Assembly (NCBI RefSeq): GCF_006345805.1
Contig: NC_043002.1
Location: forward strand, 31,744,001-31,808,000
Origin: Octopus sinensis
Lineage: Eukaryota
Direction: 5' to 3'
DNA length: 64,000 bases
In this document: piece after piece, positions 15,329 to 29,515 of the stretch
How positions within the stretch are numbered: the first letter of the stretch is position 1
How the letters are laid out: every line of letters begins with the position of its first letter
The notes under the pieces: generated by a model
What the model saw: only the letters and a program-made list of their open reading frames with translations
Told to the model about the DNA's origin: nothing
Database searches by the model: none
Translations under genes and position numbers: made by a program

Positions 15329-16290
15329 TATTAGGTTGTCCTACATGAAATGGATTTTCAATGAGTTTCTATGTATATGCCTGTATTTACTCGTAACTCT
15401 TTTCTTTCTAGACATACTATTATTCAAAATAGCTACCCGCAGCTCTTATGACAATGTTGACAACTGAACAATACTGAGTGATCTTCTTGTGCGAATACAA
15501 GTTGTGTCACTCTGCCACCGAAGCTCTACGAAACGGGCTTTTGGTAACGATTCTATTTATTTTCAAACTGTTCAGAGATAGTTTCAGAGATTTCATCAGG
15601 AAACGAAATCTTTAAAAATGTACTAAGAAGGAAACCAAAATCAGTTATTCGGCATGAGTTACTCAATGCTTTGGTTAAATGAAATCCAAGAGCAACGGTC
15701 TGAAAACTCGGATCAGGGCTCCAGACATATCCTGCAACTGCTTCTCGACACTTGAAGAAAATTAGAACAGTCAAAAAGACGAATAGGCTTGTTTCCCATC
15801 AACTTAACGAGATTCAAAGAAATAGTCGCCTTACAGTGTGTTTTACGTCGATTTCTTGGTTGGAAAGAGAACCATTTTTGTATCGACTCATTAGGTGTGA
15901 TGAGAAGTGGATACTCTTTGATAACAGCAGAAGGATAGGACGGTGGTTAGATGCAAGAGAGTCACCAAAAGATTACCCCAAACCACTATTGTACGCTAAA
16001 ATGTTGATGATGGTCAACAAAGGGGGCTATTCATTATTTTTTTTTAGTAACAAGGAAAACTGTAACAGCAACATCCTATTTTCAGGTAATTGATTGTATG
16101 CATGAAAAATTAAAAATGAAGCAAACCAGATTAGTGAATAGAGATGACCGAATTTTGCTTACGGGTAATGCACAGCCTCACACTTGTTAAGCTGTGATCC
16201 ACAAGTTGCAAAGCATGAATTATGAAATTTTGGCACATCATCCTCAATCTCCTAATTTCTCTCCTACTGATTATCACATATTTAAACTTC
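15329..16290 (+). mobile_element. Decayed mariner, 3'-truncated
   Basis: TA+ttaggttg TIR start; LIRCDEKWILFDN, ILLTGNAQPH, HPQSPNFSPTDYHIF motifs with frameshifts. Confidence 0.85.
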
Positions 16291-16418
16291 GAAATTACAC
16301 CTTTGCGATCATGAATCGAAGACTTTAACCACCAGACAACAGCACTCCAATATATCAGAGTGAGTTAAATATAAGCGTCTTCCATGAACTGAGAAGAAGC
16401 AAGGAGTTAACAGGCATG

Positions 16419-16503
<85 letters not shown>

Positions 16504-16522
16504 ATATATATGTATGTATATA

Positions 16523-17050
16523 TAGTGTAAACAGAGTTAGTGGTTATAATAACCGACTAAGGGATAAAATATCCGTATATACCATCGGTATCCATTACCC
16601 GTGTTATCTCCAGGCATTGGTGTGCAGGCCCACTATGCAAGTAGAGTACAGGCAATAACAGGATAAACAAGAGTTTGTCAGGAAACAAAAACAAATAATC
16701 AGAAAATGGAGAAAACCTCAGATTAACAAACACATCGAATGGACCAGATTTATGGCTTATTTCTTAATACAAAGCATGACATAACAAATAGGTGACGTAA
16801 CAAGTCTTACGGCCGTTTCCGATCCGTTGCCAAACGCTGTCTATAAATAAATGCGAGAATAAAGTTCTTCATAGGACATTTGAATTAAGGCAAGAGCATA
16901 CAATATAAACAAGGGGAAGAAGGAAATGGAAAGAAAGCATAGCCTAGAAAAAAGCCTTAGAAGCCCAATATGTTGAAGGCATATAATCTACCATCTTGGA
17001 GCTAAAAGGTCCGTAGGTAAAAGAGTGGGTTAGTAATGGCCTGGGAAATA
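16523..17050 (-). mobile_element. PLE pseudo-LTR with degenerate long-stem-II hammerhead
   Basis: Minus strand gtcct-ATGAAGA...GAAAC-GGCC-GTA-agac (16803-16878); terminus abuts (TA)n. Confidence 0.55.
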
Positions 17051-17084
17051 CTGCAATTTATTAACATGTAGTTGCAATTTTAGT

Positions 17085-17237
17085 GGGTGCAGGCTTCATC
17101 CCCCTTCCTAGATTCACAAACTTATTGGAGCAGTACTTCTGTTTTTCTAATCCCTGTAAAAGAACTCGGAAGGTTGGGCCTCTAACCAAACCTTTCGTGA
17201 TACATTTAAAGGCACGAATTTTCAGCTCTCCCTGGTT
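17085..17237 (-). mobile_element. Mariner 3' fragment
   Basis: Minus strand ggattagaaaaacagaagtactgctccaataagtttgtgaatctagg is homologous to 37070-37115. Confidence 0.5.
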
Positions 17238-17306
17238 CAAGACGTTCCAGCTGTGACCCCTACTCTGGTATAATTCACAGGAACTATGATAGTGAAAGTG
17301 AAAGAT

Positions 17307-17379
<73 letters not shown>

Positions 17380-19184
17380 TAGTAGGAGGAGGAGGAGGAG
17401 GAGGGGGATTTGGAGGTGGGGGAAGAGGAGTAGTCTGTTGTTTTTGATGTTGTACTTGTTGATGGTGGTTATTACTGAAAACGATATTTATTGATCTTAT
17501 TACTTTTCTCAGTGTCAGGCCAATCACATTCTATCCAGAGAATGCTTTATCGTTTCAAACGATGTACACATATGCACACCAATATATGTATTTATATGTG
17601 TGTATATATGTATATCTATCGATATATATACACATGGATATTTATGTGTTTCTACATATGTGTATGCGTATGTATGTGCATAAACATATTTACAAATAGA
17701 CACAGCATAGTACATACATACACGGACATACAATAAAGAAAGAAACGGAAAAGATGGCTTACCGAATTATCTAATGTGTTTATTGACGTTAATTTTATGA
17801 CATACTGTATGATACGTGGTGAATGTCAAAAAATAAATGTATAAATAAGGTTATAAGGAATTCAATAGTACGAACCACAATGATAAAATATAAAACATTT
17901 ATATAACAGAAATTACAGAGACACCAAGATATATGTATATGTATATGTGTAAGTATGTGTGTGTCTGTGGTTGTGTGTAATTTGTGTATGAGTGCCGGAT
18001 GCATTGCTTTTGTGTTTATGTGGGTGATAATGTGTTCGCCTGTGTGCTTTTGTATTTTAGGGTGTGTGTAAGTGCTTATATAGAGAGAAAACTGTCACAG
18101 AAAAATCTGTATTTATTTAGGATCAGACAGACACAAATACAAACGACTCAGACACACCCTTTCTATCTCTCTCTTTGTATCTCTTTCTCTCACATATGCA
18201 CGCACATGCATGCACATACCAATATATAAATATGTCTCTGTTTGTGAGGGTAAGTGTATGTATGTGAGTTTGTGTGCTCAACAATTATTGGTGGAAGAAA
18301 TGGAAAATAAAAGAAAAAAAACACATCTTATTCAACACGATGAAGCGTTCAATGTGGAACTCTCGTTTGTTGTGAGTCATAGAATTTCGATGAACCATGA
18401 GGATATATAATCAGTTTGCTATAAATTCAACACTCATATACATGCACACACAGAAACACATACATATAGACACACGATATACAAGGAAATAATATTTTTA
18501 AAAAAGTAGCCAAACATCAAATAAATAAAGAAAAATGATTAGAACGTAAAATAAAAAGAGAAAAAAGGAAGCAAGGGAGATAATTCCCAATTGAAGTGTC
18601 AAGTTGTAATTTGGCCGTCAGTTGTGAGTAATTATTGGTTTACTTTCCGTCAAGTTATTGTTCAGACGTTACGGTCACAAAGGTTTGATTTGAGCTGACA
18701 ACTTGCCGCATTGTTCTGTTGGCGTCCTTCTCTCTATGCCACACGCCATCATACGATACCCCATTACCTCTTCGACGTTACCCCTCCTCTCTCATATCAC
18801 TATCATTTCATCAACGCTTCCGCCTGTTCAACTGCACAACCGCTGCCACAGCTATGATGCTACATTACATCCAACACTCCCACGTCTTTGCTAAACATTG
18901 CTCACACAATTATCGTATCTAATGCTTTATTTCGGCATTGGCTACGTTTCAAAGGACTCTCCACAAGCAGAAATTTCCGCCATATTTATACTACTACTGT
19001 CTAAATCCTAATTAACGGTCCATATTTCTATAACTGTGGCCATTTCACCACCATTTTAGCCATTTCCACACATCATGAAGACCATCATTTCACCCTTCAG
19101 GTCGACATCAAATGTTGTTATATTATTCTAAAATACCCTAAGGTATACATGGATGTATGTGAATATATGTATATATATATATAA

Positions 19185-19740
19185 TTTTAGAAAACAGATT
19201 CCAAATCAATCAGGTGCAACCCTTCAGTGTTATATGCATCTACATATCGTACTTTGAGGTCTTATGTATCGTATATTTATACACTTATCTATAAATATAC
19301 AAAGTATCTGATAAAAGTCAATATTCAATTTTTGGGGATTAATCGATATGTGTGTATTCTATTTCAGATAATACAAAAGTAACCTAATGAGTAAATCTAA
19401 CAGTGAAGTCATGCTATCACTTTGCACATCACGAAATAATACTTAAAGGATATAACAAAAATTACCAACCGGATATATAATATATATAAACAACCACACT
19501 AATGGGTCGAGGTTCACTACAGTTGTTTCGGATGTTATTTTAATTTATGGTCAAAAGTATTACATCATACAAAAAACCGTCTAATTCAGGTGAATAAAGA
19601 GGAAATTTAACGCTTAGAATTTCTCAAAGAATAGAGCGTAATGAAATGTGATCCTACTGACCAGGTTAAGGCTGGGAGAGAATACGTCTGAAACAGCTGT
19701 AGCGAACCTGTTTTTGTTTCTTCTTCACCTACCTCGGAAC
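19185..19740 (-). mobile_element. PLE pseudo-LTR with degenerate hammerhead and inverted partial copy
   Basis: Minus strand ttcac-CTGAATTA...catcc-GAAAC-AACT-GTA-gtgaa (stem I ttcac/gtgaa); plus-strand GAAAC-AGCT-GTA-gcgaacc at ~19690-19708. Confidence 0.55.
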
Positions 19741-19914
19741 CTTCCAACGTTTGAATCTGCAACCTATACTCGACTCTAGAATACATGCAAAGAATGCATC
19801 CCTGTGTGTCTTTTAAGATATGTTGTGTATTCTGTCAGTAGTTTTTGTATGTGTGCATAACTGGAAGATTATGATAGATTAATAGATATGTGTGAGGTAG
19901 TGACTGAATTGGTT

Positions 19915-20212
19915 TTCCGTCGGTTACGACGACACGGGTTCCAATTTATCTGATCAACGGCGCAGTCCGCTCGTGTAATTAATATGCAAGTGTATCAACA
20001 CTCCACAGAACTGCATACAGAGATTCAGGCGTAACACAGGATGTAACAAGCTTGGCCCTTTTAAATTAAGGTACTACTCATTTTTGCGATGTGAGTGAAC
20101 TGCAGAAGTGTGAAATAAATTTTCTCAAGGACACGACGAGCTGTCGTGTATCGAAACCGTGACTTTACGATCGTGAGCTGAATGTCCTAACCACTTAGAC
20201 ACGCGCCTTCAT
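19915..20212 (-). mobile_element. tRNA-derived SINE family C
   Basis: Minus-strand head gaaggcgcgtg..agtggttagg; colinear with 45420-45740. Confidence 0.8.
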
Positions 20213-20856
20213 GGCAGTGACTGTAATGAATATCGGAAGACAGAAATAAAAGATTACAAAGACTGAATTGGAATTAGACAGATAATTTTGTTGGAAAGTG
20301 AAACAAAGAGAGAATTTTAGTGGATAAGAAATTTATGCTGTGAAACTATATTGATATGGGAGCATTTGTTTTTCAGCATTATAGCTGAAATTTAGATCTT
20401 TATTGAGCTGTTGTTAGATACTGTTTAGTTGACGATTTTCTTTGTCCTCATGTAGTAAGCGAACTACATGGATTTGGAACAGAAAGTTTTTGATAAAGAA
20501 TTTACTGTAAAGAATGATTGTAATCAGCAGTCTATAAAATTCAAATATTTAATCATATTTAGATTAAGATATATTGAAATGTGTGGGTCAAATCGCAAAT
20601 TTAATTAAGCGAATGAATATAATTTAATGAAATTTTGGATTTAACAGAAAGTTTTGCATACATCAATAGTAACTCTGTTATCTTATATGAATTTTATTCA
20701 GAAACACCTTGTAGGGTATCACCTATAATCATCATCGTTTTTGTTTATATATATTATCGTAACCAATGCGTTTCAATGAGCTTGTTTTAAGGTGTGTGAA
20801 TATGTCTGTATTTATATGTATTTATAAACCCGTGTGTATGTGTGTGTGTGTGTGAG

Positions 20857-20931
<75 letters not shown>

Positions 20932-21549
20932 ATATGACGAATTTATTATGTGTTATGCAGTTGTTATCAATATTATAGTTGTTGATTAACTCCTTGGTGA
21001 TCAACGGTATTAAAGTCACAACCAGTGGTGTGTTTATCAAGCATAGGGTTACCTTATCAAATATCTTGTCTTTTTTTTTATTTTAGCGATATGATGGAAT
21101 CATAGTTGTAGAGTCTAGGAGGTTGAGCGACCACATAAATCACCACACCACTTCGAGGAATGCTTATTTGTTTACGGCAGCGGTGTTGGAGTGTCGTATT
21201 GAAGGTAGTGTTGCCGACGGTGGTAATTTTATGTGTTTATTCTATATTATCTCTTTCCTAATTTATAATCAATAATTAAATAACACGAGAAAGGAAAGGG
21301 ATGACGTAGAACCACAGGAAATTAGTTTAATTCTTTAACTTTTCGCGTCGCAAGATTATGAAATGTTAAATATATTAAGGACACCTTTCATTACAAGGAT
21401 GAAGTTATGTTATACAGTGGAATCAATTATATTTAAACGCAGTAACACTCAAGAGAAATTACTATAGTGAGTAGCGGATATAATTAATACATAACTAATA
21501 CAGAATTACACCATGTATAGTTATTGCAATGGAAGTAAAAAATGGTGTC

Positions 21550-21700
21550 GAAGCAGATGCAGGAATAAATGTGTGATAAAAAGGTGGTTTTGCAGCCACA
21601 TGATTGGGGGTTCTGTCTCACTGCATGGCACCTTGATTTACGGGCTTCTCCTTTAGCCACGGGTCAACCAAAGCTTTGACTAAGCGGACGTTTAAAGGAG
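21550..21700 (+). mobile_element. SINE family A, degenerate 5' part
   Basis: ccacatgattgggggttctgtctcactgcatggcaccttg...gggtcaaccaaagctttg. Confidence 0.55.
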
Positions 21701-22507
21701 GATGCTGCATACATATATTTGCAGTTCTGAATAGGAGTAGGGATATAGACAACGAGTGAAGTTTACCAGTTTCCAGTATCTCTTTCTAAGCTTGAGAAGT
21801 ATATAATGGACAGCTGTGGATAGCCAGCATCTAAGCCAATTCGAAAGATAATATGGTAACTGCCAGGATAACTTAGCCCCCTTATACTCTCTCAGTATAT
21901 ATACATAAACATATATGGTTTTATGTAAGTATATTTTATGTATGAGTATATATACGTGTGTGTGTGTGTGTGTTTATGTTTTCCCCGTTTGGCAACTTAA
22001 TTTGGGGTACTTTCGTTTATGACGTTAAGAGAGAGTTAGAATAAAATTTAAAACAAATATGTACTGGGGTAATTTTCTTCGACTTGACCCTACAAGTCAG
22101 TGTCCCAGCACATCCGCAGGCTAATGGGTTAAACATGTTAGTCCAAAGATAAAACAAAAAAGAAAGCATACCCTGAAGACTCAAACATCCTATATATATA
22201 TCTGGAATTCTTAGGATAAAACGGAATAGTATACACTTTCCCCTATGTACATTTGCATACTGTATTTGAATCAATTTAAATTTTGTTTCGGTGCATTTTA
22301 ATTTCGATACCTACATTACAACACAGAGTTTTCTCATCGCTACGAAGGAGATGTAGATTAGTTAAACTTTTTGGTCCTCTATAAAATGTATAATACTAAA
22401 ATGACCACGATTTGTTTTTTAGTGTACGTTTGTGTAAGTGTGTAGATGTGCGCGAATGCATGTCAGTCCGCGTGGTAACAATTGGGCATGTGCGTGTATA
22501 GGTATGA

Positions 22508-22555
<48 letters not shown>

Positions 22556-22807
22556 CTTACAGCACTCGACATAAAAAAATGCTTTCCTATCCGCGTGGGA
22601 AGTAAGCCTTCTTTTTTCTGTCGAGAACTTATATGCCTCGTTATTAGACTATTTTCCTTAGTCATTGCACGGTGATCGCCATAAGCTTTGAGCTTATACA
22701 AAAAAGCCATTCGCACATATACCACATATATGTGCGTGTGTGTATGTATACATATATATATATATAATAATATATATATATATTATATATATAATATATT
22801 ATATATA

Positions 22808-22877
<70 letters not shown>

Positions 22878-23043
22878 AGAGAGAGAGAGAGGGAAAGAGA
22901 GAGACAAGTATTTATATACATATGTATATAAATATAAATTATCCAGTCTTACAAAGGGTAGCACACCAAAACTTCAAAGTCATTGTCTTCCCTCTTCTTG
23001 TAAAAGTATAATTAATACATTCCTGCAAAAAGTGCATATACAA

Positions 23044-23104
<61 letters not shown>

Positions 23105-23330
23105 GGTGTGTGTGGGTGTGTGTGTGTGTGTGGTGCGTGTGTGTGTGTAAGTAGGTATGTATGTATATAATCCAAATAAGCAACAGGATATTAAGAAATG
23201 ATGTAGTACGACCGTTTCAAGAGGCTTCATTGAATTGAACAATACAATTATTACATCAATTTAAATACAGGGCTGTCAACATTTGAACAAATAAATAGAA
23301 TTTAATCAGTCGAACACAGTAATATATATA

Positions 23331-23377
<47 letters not shown>

Positions 23378-23507
23378 ATATGACATGGCCTGGGCCAATG
23401 CCGGCCAGTTTTTTTTTTTTTTTTTTTTTTTTTGGCACACCCCCCCACACACACCCACCCACCTGCCTCCCACACGCACACACCCCCCACCTACCCCCAC
23501 ACAACAC

Positions 23508-24308
23508 TACTCCCAGTTCCTCCGCCTCCGACGTTTGTGCAGCCGCGACCAGGATTTCGAGACCCAATCTCAATACCTGGCCCGCATGTTCAGACTCCGA
23601 GGTTACCCACCCATACTCCTCTCTGATGCCCTCCCGCGCCCGTCGCATCGACCGCACTACCGCCCTGTCTCCTTCCCCCGCCCACCCCACAACCGCACCC
23701 CCTTCCCCCTCCTTTTCCACCCCTCTACCCTACCCCTTCGTCGCAAGATACTACGTGCCTTCCGTCGCCTCCAGCTTGATCCCACCACCCGCCCCATTTT
23801 CCCTAACCTACCCCTGTCCTCTTTCAAACGAGCCCGCAATCTGCGTGACCTCCTGGTCCACAGCACCCTCTCTCCTTCCCCCTCAGCCCCACACGGATCA
23901 TTCCCTTGCTCTAGATCCCGCTGCAACACTTGCCCCTTCATCACCAACACCACCGCTGTCACCGGCTCCAACCTGCACACTGTACGCATTAGGCACTCTT
24001 TTACGTGCACCTCGTCTGGCCTTATTTACTGCATTAAATGCAACCTATGCGGGATGCTGTATGTAGGACAGACGGGACGCCGGTTGTCCGACCGTTTCAC
24101 TGAGCACTTAAGGGACGTTCGCCTACACTCTCTTTCTCCCGTCGCACGCCACTTCCGCTCGGCCGGCCATTCCCTAGATGACATCTCAGTGTTTGGTCTC
24201 GCGCCCCACCAAGGTCGCCCACTTTCCAGGCTCCACTTGGAGCAACGCTACATCTTCACCCTACAAACTACCACCCCACACGGACTTAACACAGCCCCCT
24301 CCTCTTGA
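23508..24308 (+). pseudogene. PLE ORF C-terminus: RT thumb, Cys-rich linker and GIY-YIG endonuclease
   Basis: YSQFLRLRRLCS..RGYP; FKRARNLRDLLV; CSRSRCNTC; LIYCIKCNLCGMLYVGQTGRRLSDRFTEH; VARHF; LEQRYIFTLQT..PHGLN. Expected SRARRIDRTTAL is in another frame (~23630-23680), implying compensating frameshifts. Confidence 0.9.
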
Positions 24309-27255
24309 GATTTGTTTTTTTTTTTTTTTTTTTTTGGCACACCACCCACACACACCCACCCACCTGCCGCCCACACGCACACACCCACCCACCTACCTCC
24401 CACACACACCCAACCACCTACCTCCCACACGCCTGTTCACACACACACATACGTAGACCCATCTACGTACATACATTCACACATTTAATCACACACACTT
24501 ACAGACATACTAGCACACACTAACATACAAACCAACATGCACATACACACACACATACATACATACGCACACACATACATACTTACACACACACACACAC
24601 ACACAGACATACATACACACATACACACACACACAAACTCACACACACACACACCGCACGTACATACTTCACACACACACATGCAAACATACATGTAGGC
24701 ACATACATACATACATGCCCACACATGCACACCCTTACACTGAATGCACACACACATACACCTTTTTGCATCCAGGCAGCCCCCCCTCTTTTCTGCTTTC
24801 CGGTTTTGGCTGATGGATCCTCGGTTCCCGCGTAGCGGGGCGTTCGAGGGCCTTTGCGCTCGCGCGCCTTGGCGCGCGCTGGGGGCTTGGTCGGCCCCTT
24901 GGGCTTGCGTTGTACTGCTTGTGCGTTGTGTGCGTGAGCGCGCTTTGTGCGTGTGGGCTTGCTTCGGATGTGCGCGTACGTATGTATGCATACATACCCA
25001 CACACTCGCATGCATCCCTACCCACATACATACACGCACACCTACTCACACACACACATACACACACATACCTGCACACACACACACATACATACATACA
25101 CATACATACCTACTTCAGACATACACACACACAGACATACACCCATACACTCACACTCACACGCATACACACACACACATACACACGCACACGTACACAT
25201 ACACACACACACACACACCTACATACATACATTACACTTGTATACACACACACTTACATTCATACACACACACACCTACACAGCCATACCCTCACTCAGA
25301 CACACACATCTACCTACACACACACACAAACACACACGGACACACACCCATACATACATACATCTACACACACACGCCTACACACATACATACACACATA
25401 CATAAACACACACACATACACATATACACACATACGCACACACACATATACTTATACACATGCACACACACACACATACATACATACACCCATATACATA
25501 CATACACACATACCCACATACTCCTATACGCACATACATACACAAAGACATACACACTTACACACTCACACAAACATACACACACACATACTTACACACA
25601 CACTCACCTGCTCGCGCACACACATGCATGACAAACACCCATACACTCACACTCACATACGCACACACCAACATAAACACGCACACGCACACCTACACTC
25701 CCACACACATACACACGCACCTACATACACACACGCACGCATACACACGCATACACACATACATTACACACGTACACACACACCCACATACACATGCATA
25801 CACACACACACAAACATGCACGGACACACCCAGACATACACACATACACCTATATACACACGCCCACACACCTACATACACACACACATACACACGCCCA
25901 CACACCTACATACACACACATACATACACACACATACACGGACACACCCACACATACTTACATACATACAACTATACACACACGCCTACACACCTACATA
26001 CACACACATGCATACACACACACATGTACGCACATACACACACATATACGCACATACATATATACCCACACACATGCACACACACACACACATACGCACA
26101 TGCATGCATGCATGCACACGCGCACACCTACACGCATACACACACACACACGCACGTACACATACATACATACACACACGCATACATACACCCATACACA
26201 TACATGCATCCGACACACACATACATACACACTCACACATACATACACACACACCACTCACTCACACACCTGTATGTACGCGCACACACATGCACATACA
26301 CACACTTCCCCACACCACACGTACATACATACACACTCACACACATACACACACACACACACACACGGACATACATCTATGCACACACATACATACACAC
26401 ATACTCACATACATTCATCGACACACACTGCCACCCAGACATACACACAGACACACTCACACATCCACACACATACATACTTACGCGCATACTCGCAGGC
26501 ACGCGCACATACGCACTTGCGCCGGCTCGCGCTGCATACGCGCCGCATACACCTCGCCCTTGGACCTGACGAGACCTCCCGCCCGTTCCTGGGACCGTCG
26601 CGTGTCGTTGGGTTTTCCCACGCCTGTCTCCGCGGTACCACTCTTCCATCTTCCCCTCAGCTGGAGTCCTTTTTCCTTAACACCCCCCCCTTTTTCGTTA
26701 CACACACGCGCACACATATACACACCTTGCTATATATATATACATCACTCTTACACACATTCAATCTACTCGCCATTAATACCACCACGACACTGGACAC
26801 ACACACACACTACTACTCAACACACGCTGGCACGCTACATACGCCCCCACCCCTTCCCCTCCCTCCCTTCCTCCTCCTTCTTTTTCTTACTACTGACCTC
26901 CCTTCCTCCTTCCTCTTTTTCTTACTACTGACCTGTCTGCTAGCTGACCACTAGTCTCCCTACCTCACACGCCTACACACAGACGCACACACTAAACACA
27001 CACATATTTTTTTTTTTTTTCATCTCGCCTCACACACACACATACACACACGCACACGCACACACTCACACATACACACACATCTGTTGGGTTACCAACC
27101 TTGTCTCCACTCTTTTGCCTTTAAAAACCCACTTTGCTCTTGTTATCGTCAACATCCGCCTTTCACCATGTGCAACTCGTAAACACCAGTCGTCTTTTTT
27201 CTCTTTCCCTGTTGCCCGCTCTGGGATCTTTCTTTCCTCTCTCTTCCTTCTTTAT

Positions 27256-27290
27256 GTTTCCGACGAAGAGCTCCGCTCGAAACGTCATAC
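27256..27290 (+). ncRNA. Minimal type I hammerhead-like motif (U4C variant)
   Basis: gttt-CCGACGA-A-gagc(tcc)gctc-GAAA-CGTC-atac. Confidence 0.6.
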
Positions 27291-27826
27291 CTCCCTGCTT
27301 CCATCTCCTGAGCGCCTATTAATAATAATACTGTAATTGTTCCTGTTGTTGTTGTTTTTTGTTTCCCTTTTGGATTAAAAATATATATATATATATATAT
27401 ATATAGTTATACATATACATAGATACTTAGGGATCTTCTGAACTAACTATATAGATACACGTTTACAACGTAAAACAGTAATGTATAATAATTTAAGAAT
27501 ACACCAAATCAATTTAACTATTTCATTTCAAAAACAAAAATACCTGTTACATTTAATTTTAATTATTTTCATAAGGTGCTAAATTCTTCCTTGTATGATT
27601 TCGACCCGGTCATTGATATTGCTCTGAAAATTTGTTCATGAATACCATCTCTTGCATTCTCTCAAGTTGAATTTATTGTAGGCATGTCGAACTAAATCAG
27701 GTTGATTGCATTTTTTCTTAATGATTGTAAAACATCAGTCAGTTTCAGGTTACATTGTTTCCATGTTTACATGGTATATACAATTATACAGAGAACATTT
27801 AAGGATATTAAAAACTGTGCCATATA

Positions 27827-28285
27827 GGCTTAGGAGTGACTGTGTAGTTAGTAGCCTGTTTACCAACCACATAGTTCCGGGTTCAGTCCCACTGCGTGAC
27901 ACTTTGGGCAAGTGTCTTCTACTATAGCCTCGGGTCGACCAAAACCTCGGATGTGAGTGGATTTGGTAGACGGATACTGAAAGAAGCCCGTCGTATATAT
28001 ATATATATATATATAGATATGTGCGTGTGTGTGTGTGTGTGTTGTGTGTGTGTATGTGTATGTGTTTGTGTGTCTGTGTTTGGCCCCCCCAACATCGCTT
28101 GACAACCGATGCTGGTGTGTTAACGTCACCGTACCCTAGCGGTTCAGCAAAAGAAACCGATACAATACGTACTAGGCTTACAAATAATAAGTCCTGGGGT
28201 CGATTTACTCGACTAAAGGCTGTGCTCCAGCATGGACACAGTCAAATGATTGAAGCAAGTAAAAGAGTAAAAAAGTAAAGAGTAA
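27827..28285 (+). mobile_element. SINE family A, full length
   Basis: Head ggcttaggagtgactgtgtag..ggttcagtcccactgcg; internal microsatellite; tail gaagcaagtaaaagagtaaa. Confidence 0.9.
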
Positions 28286-28316
28286 ACATGATTCCTTTAT
28301 ATACAGCCTGTTTATA

Positions 28317-29515
28317 CGAGGTGGTATAAAAAGTTCCTGGACTAATTCTGTAGCGCGCCAACAGATAGCAGCACATAATTGCGTGCGCAGTGAGAGCTTG
28401 AAGTGACTTTCATGAGGCACTGTGCCTAGCGGCATCACTGTGTTTACTTTAGAAGTTGATAAATTTGTGCTGTTGTCTGCAATTTTGTCATCGACAGGAA
28501 AAAAGTGCAAACGAAATTTTGCGTTAAACTTGGAAAGACCTTGAGCATGATTCGGCAAGCTTAAGGCGTCGAGTCAAAATGACACGGGTGCTTCGAAAAA
28601 GGAGGAAAGTCCCTGGAAGACAATAAGCGATGTAAAAGACCTGCCACGAGCGTCACCCACGGAAATATGTAGAAAATTCATCAGCTTATGCATGCCGATC
28701 GTCGGAGGACAATCAATGACATTGCAGATGCTGCTAGTATGCCGTGTGGGTCTGTGCAGGCAATTTTAACGTCTGAATTGTACTTGCAGCGTGTCTCTAC
28801 CAAGTTTTTCTTCCGACTGCTGACCACTCAGCAGAAAGAACATAACTTTGAAGTCTGTCAAGACCTCCGTCATCCTTCATGTCGAGGATTATCATCGGTA
28901 GAAGGGTCTACGGGTACTACACTGAGACGAATCACTCGGCACAATGGAAGAGCCTTTCATCTTTACGACCGAAAAAGGCACGACAGAGACACAGATCAAT
29001 CAAGAGCATGCTCATCATTTTATTGTGCATCGGGTATTCGTCTCCCGGGGTTAAACCATCCATGAACAGTTCTACTGCGACGTTTCACAGTGTCCGAGGG
29101 AGGACATTCAGCGAAAGGGACCAGATCTGTGGAACACGAAGAACTAGATTCTTCTCGACGGCAATGCACTTTGTCATCGAGCTTTACTCACTCGTGAGTT
29201 TCTCGCCAAAAAACATGGTATCACTTCCGCACCCGCCCTACTTGACAGATTTAGCACCTGCGGATTTCCACCTTTTCCGCAAGACGGAAATGCAGCTCAA
29301 AGGTCACCGTTTTAATACCGTTGTCAAGATCCAGAGTGAATCACAGAAGATCCTCGACTGGCTTACGAAAAACGACTTTCAGGCCACATTTCAAATGTGG
29401 CACGAACGTTAGGACTGCTGCGCAAGGTGACTGTTTTGAAGGACAAGGTGTAAAAATTAGGTAAATAAAGTTTTATTAAACCTAACTAGTTTAGGAAGGT
29501 TTTAATGCCAATTCG
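28317..29515 (+). mobile_element. Full-length decayed mariner
   Basis: TIRs cgaggtggtataaaaagttcctggactaatt / aactagtttaggaaggttttaatgccaattcg; DRRRTINDIA and HPPYLTDLAPADFHLF motifs; frameshifted. Confidence 0.9.

Larger units (their letters stand above)
23381..27380 (+). mobile_element. 5'-truncated Penelope-like retroelement (Neptune-type EN) inserted in (TA)n
   Basis: Thumb plus GIY-YIG ORF, ~2.7-kb CA-rich 3' region, terminal hammerhead-bearing pseudo-LTR, (TA)n on both sides. Confidence 0.75.

Noticed and set aside
20230-20700. Decayed PLE RT on the minus strand
   Set aside because: Similarity is too weak to support by eye.
23195-23320. Complete hammerhead on the minus strand (CTGATTA...GAAACGGTCGTA)
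   Set aside because: Stem I and stem II do not pair convincingly; at most a decayed PLE terminus.
26566-26640. Hammerhead starting at CTGACGA
   Set aside because: No downstream GAAA, stem III or NUH triplet.
28688-29412. Functional or domesticated transposase
   Set aside because: Multiple frameshifts and degraded catalytic motifs.
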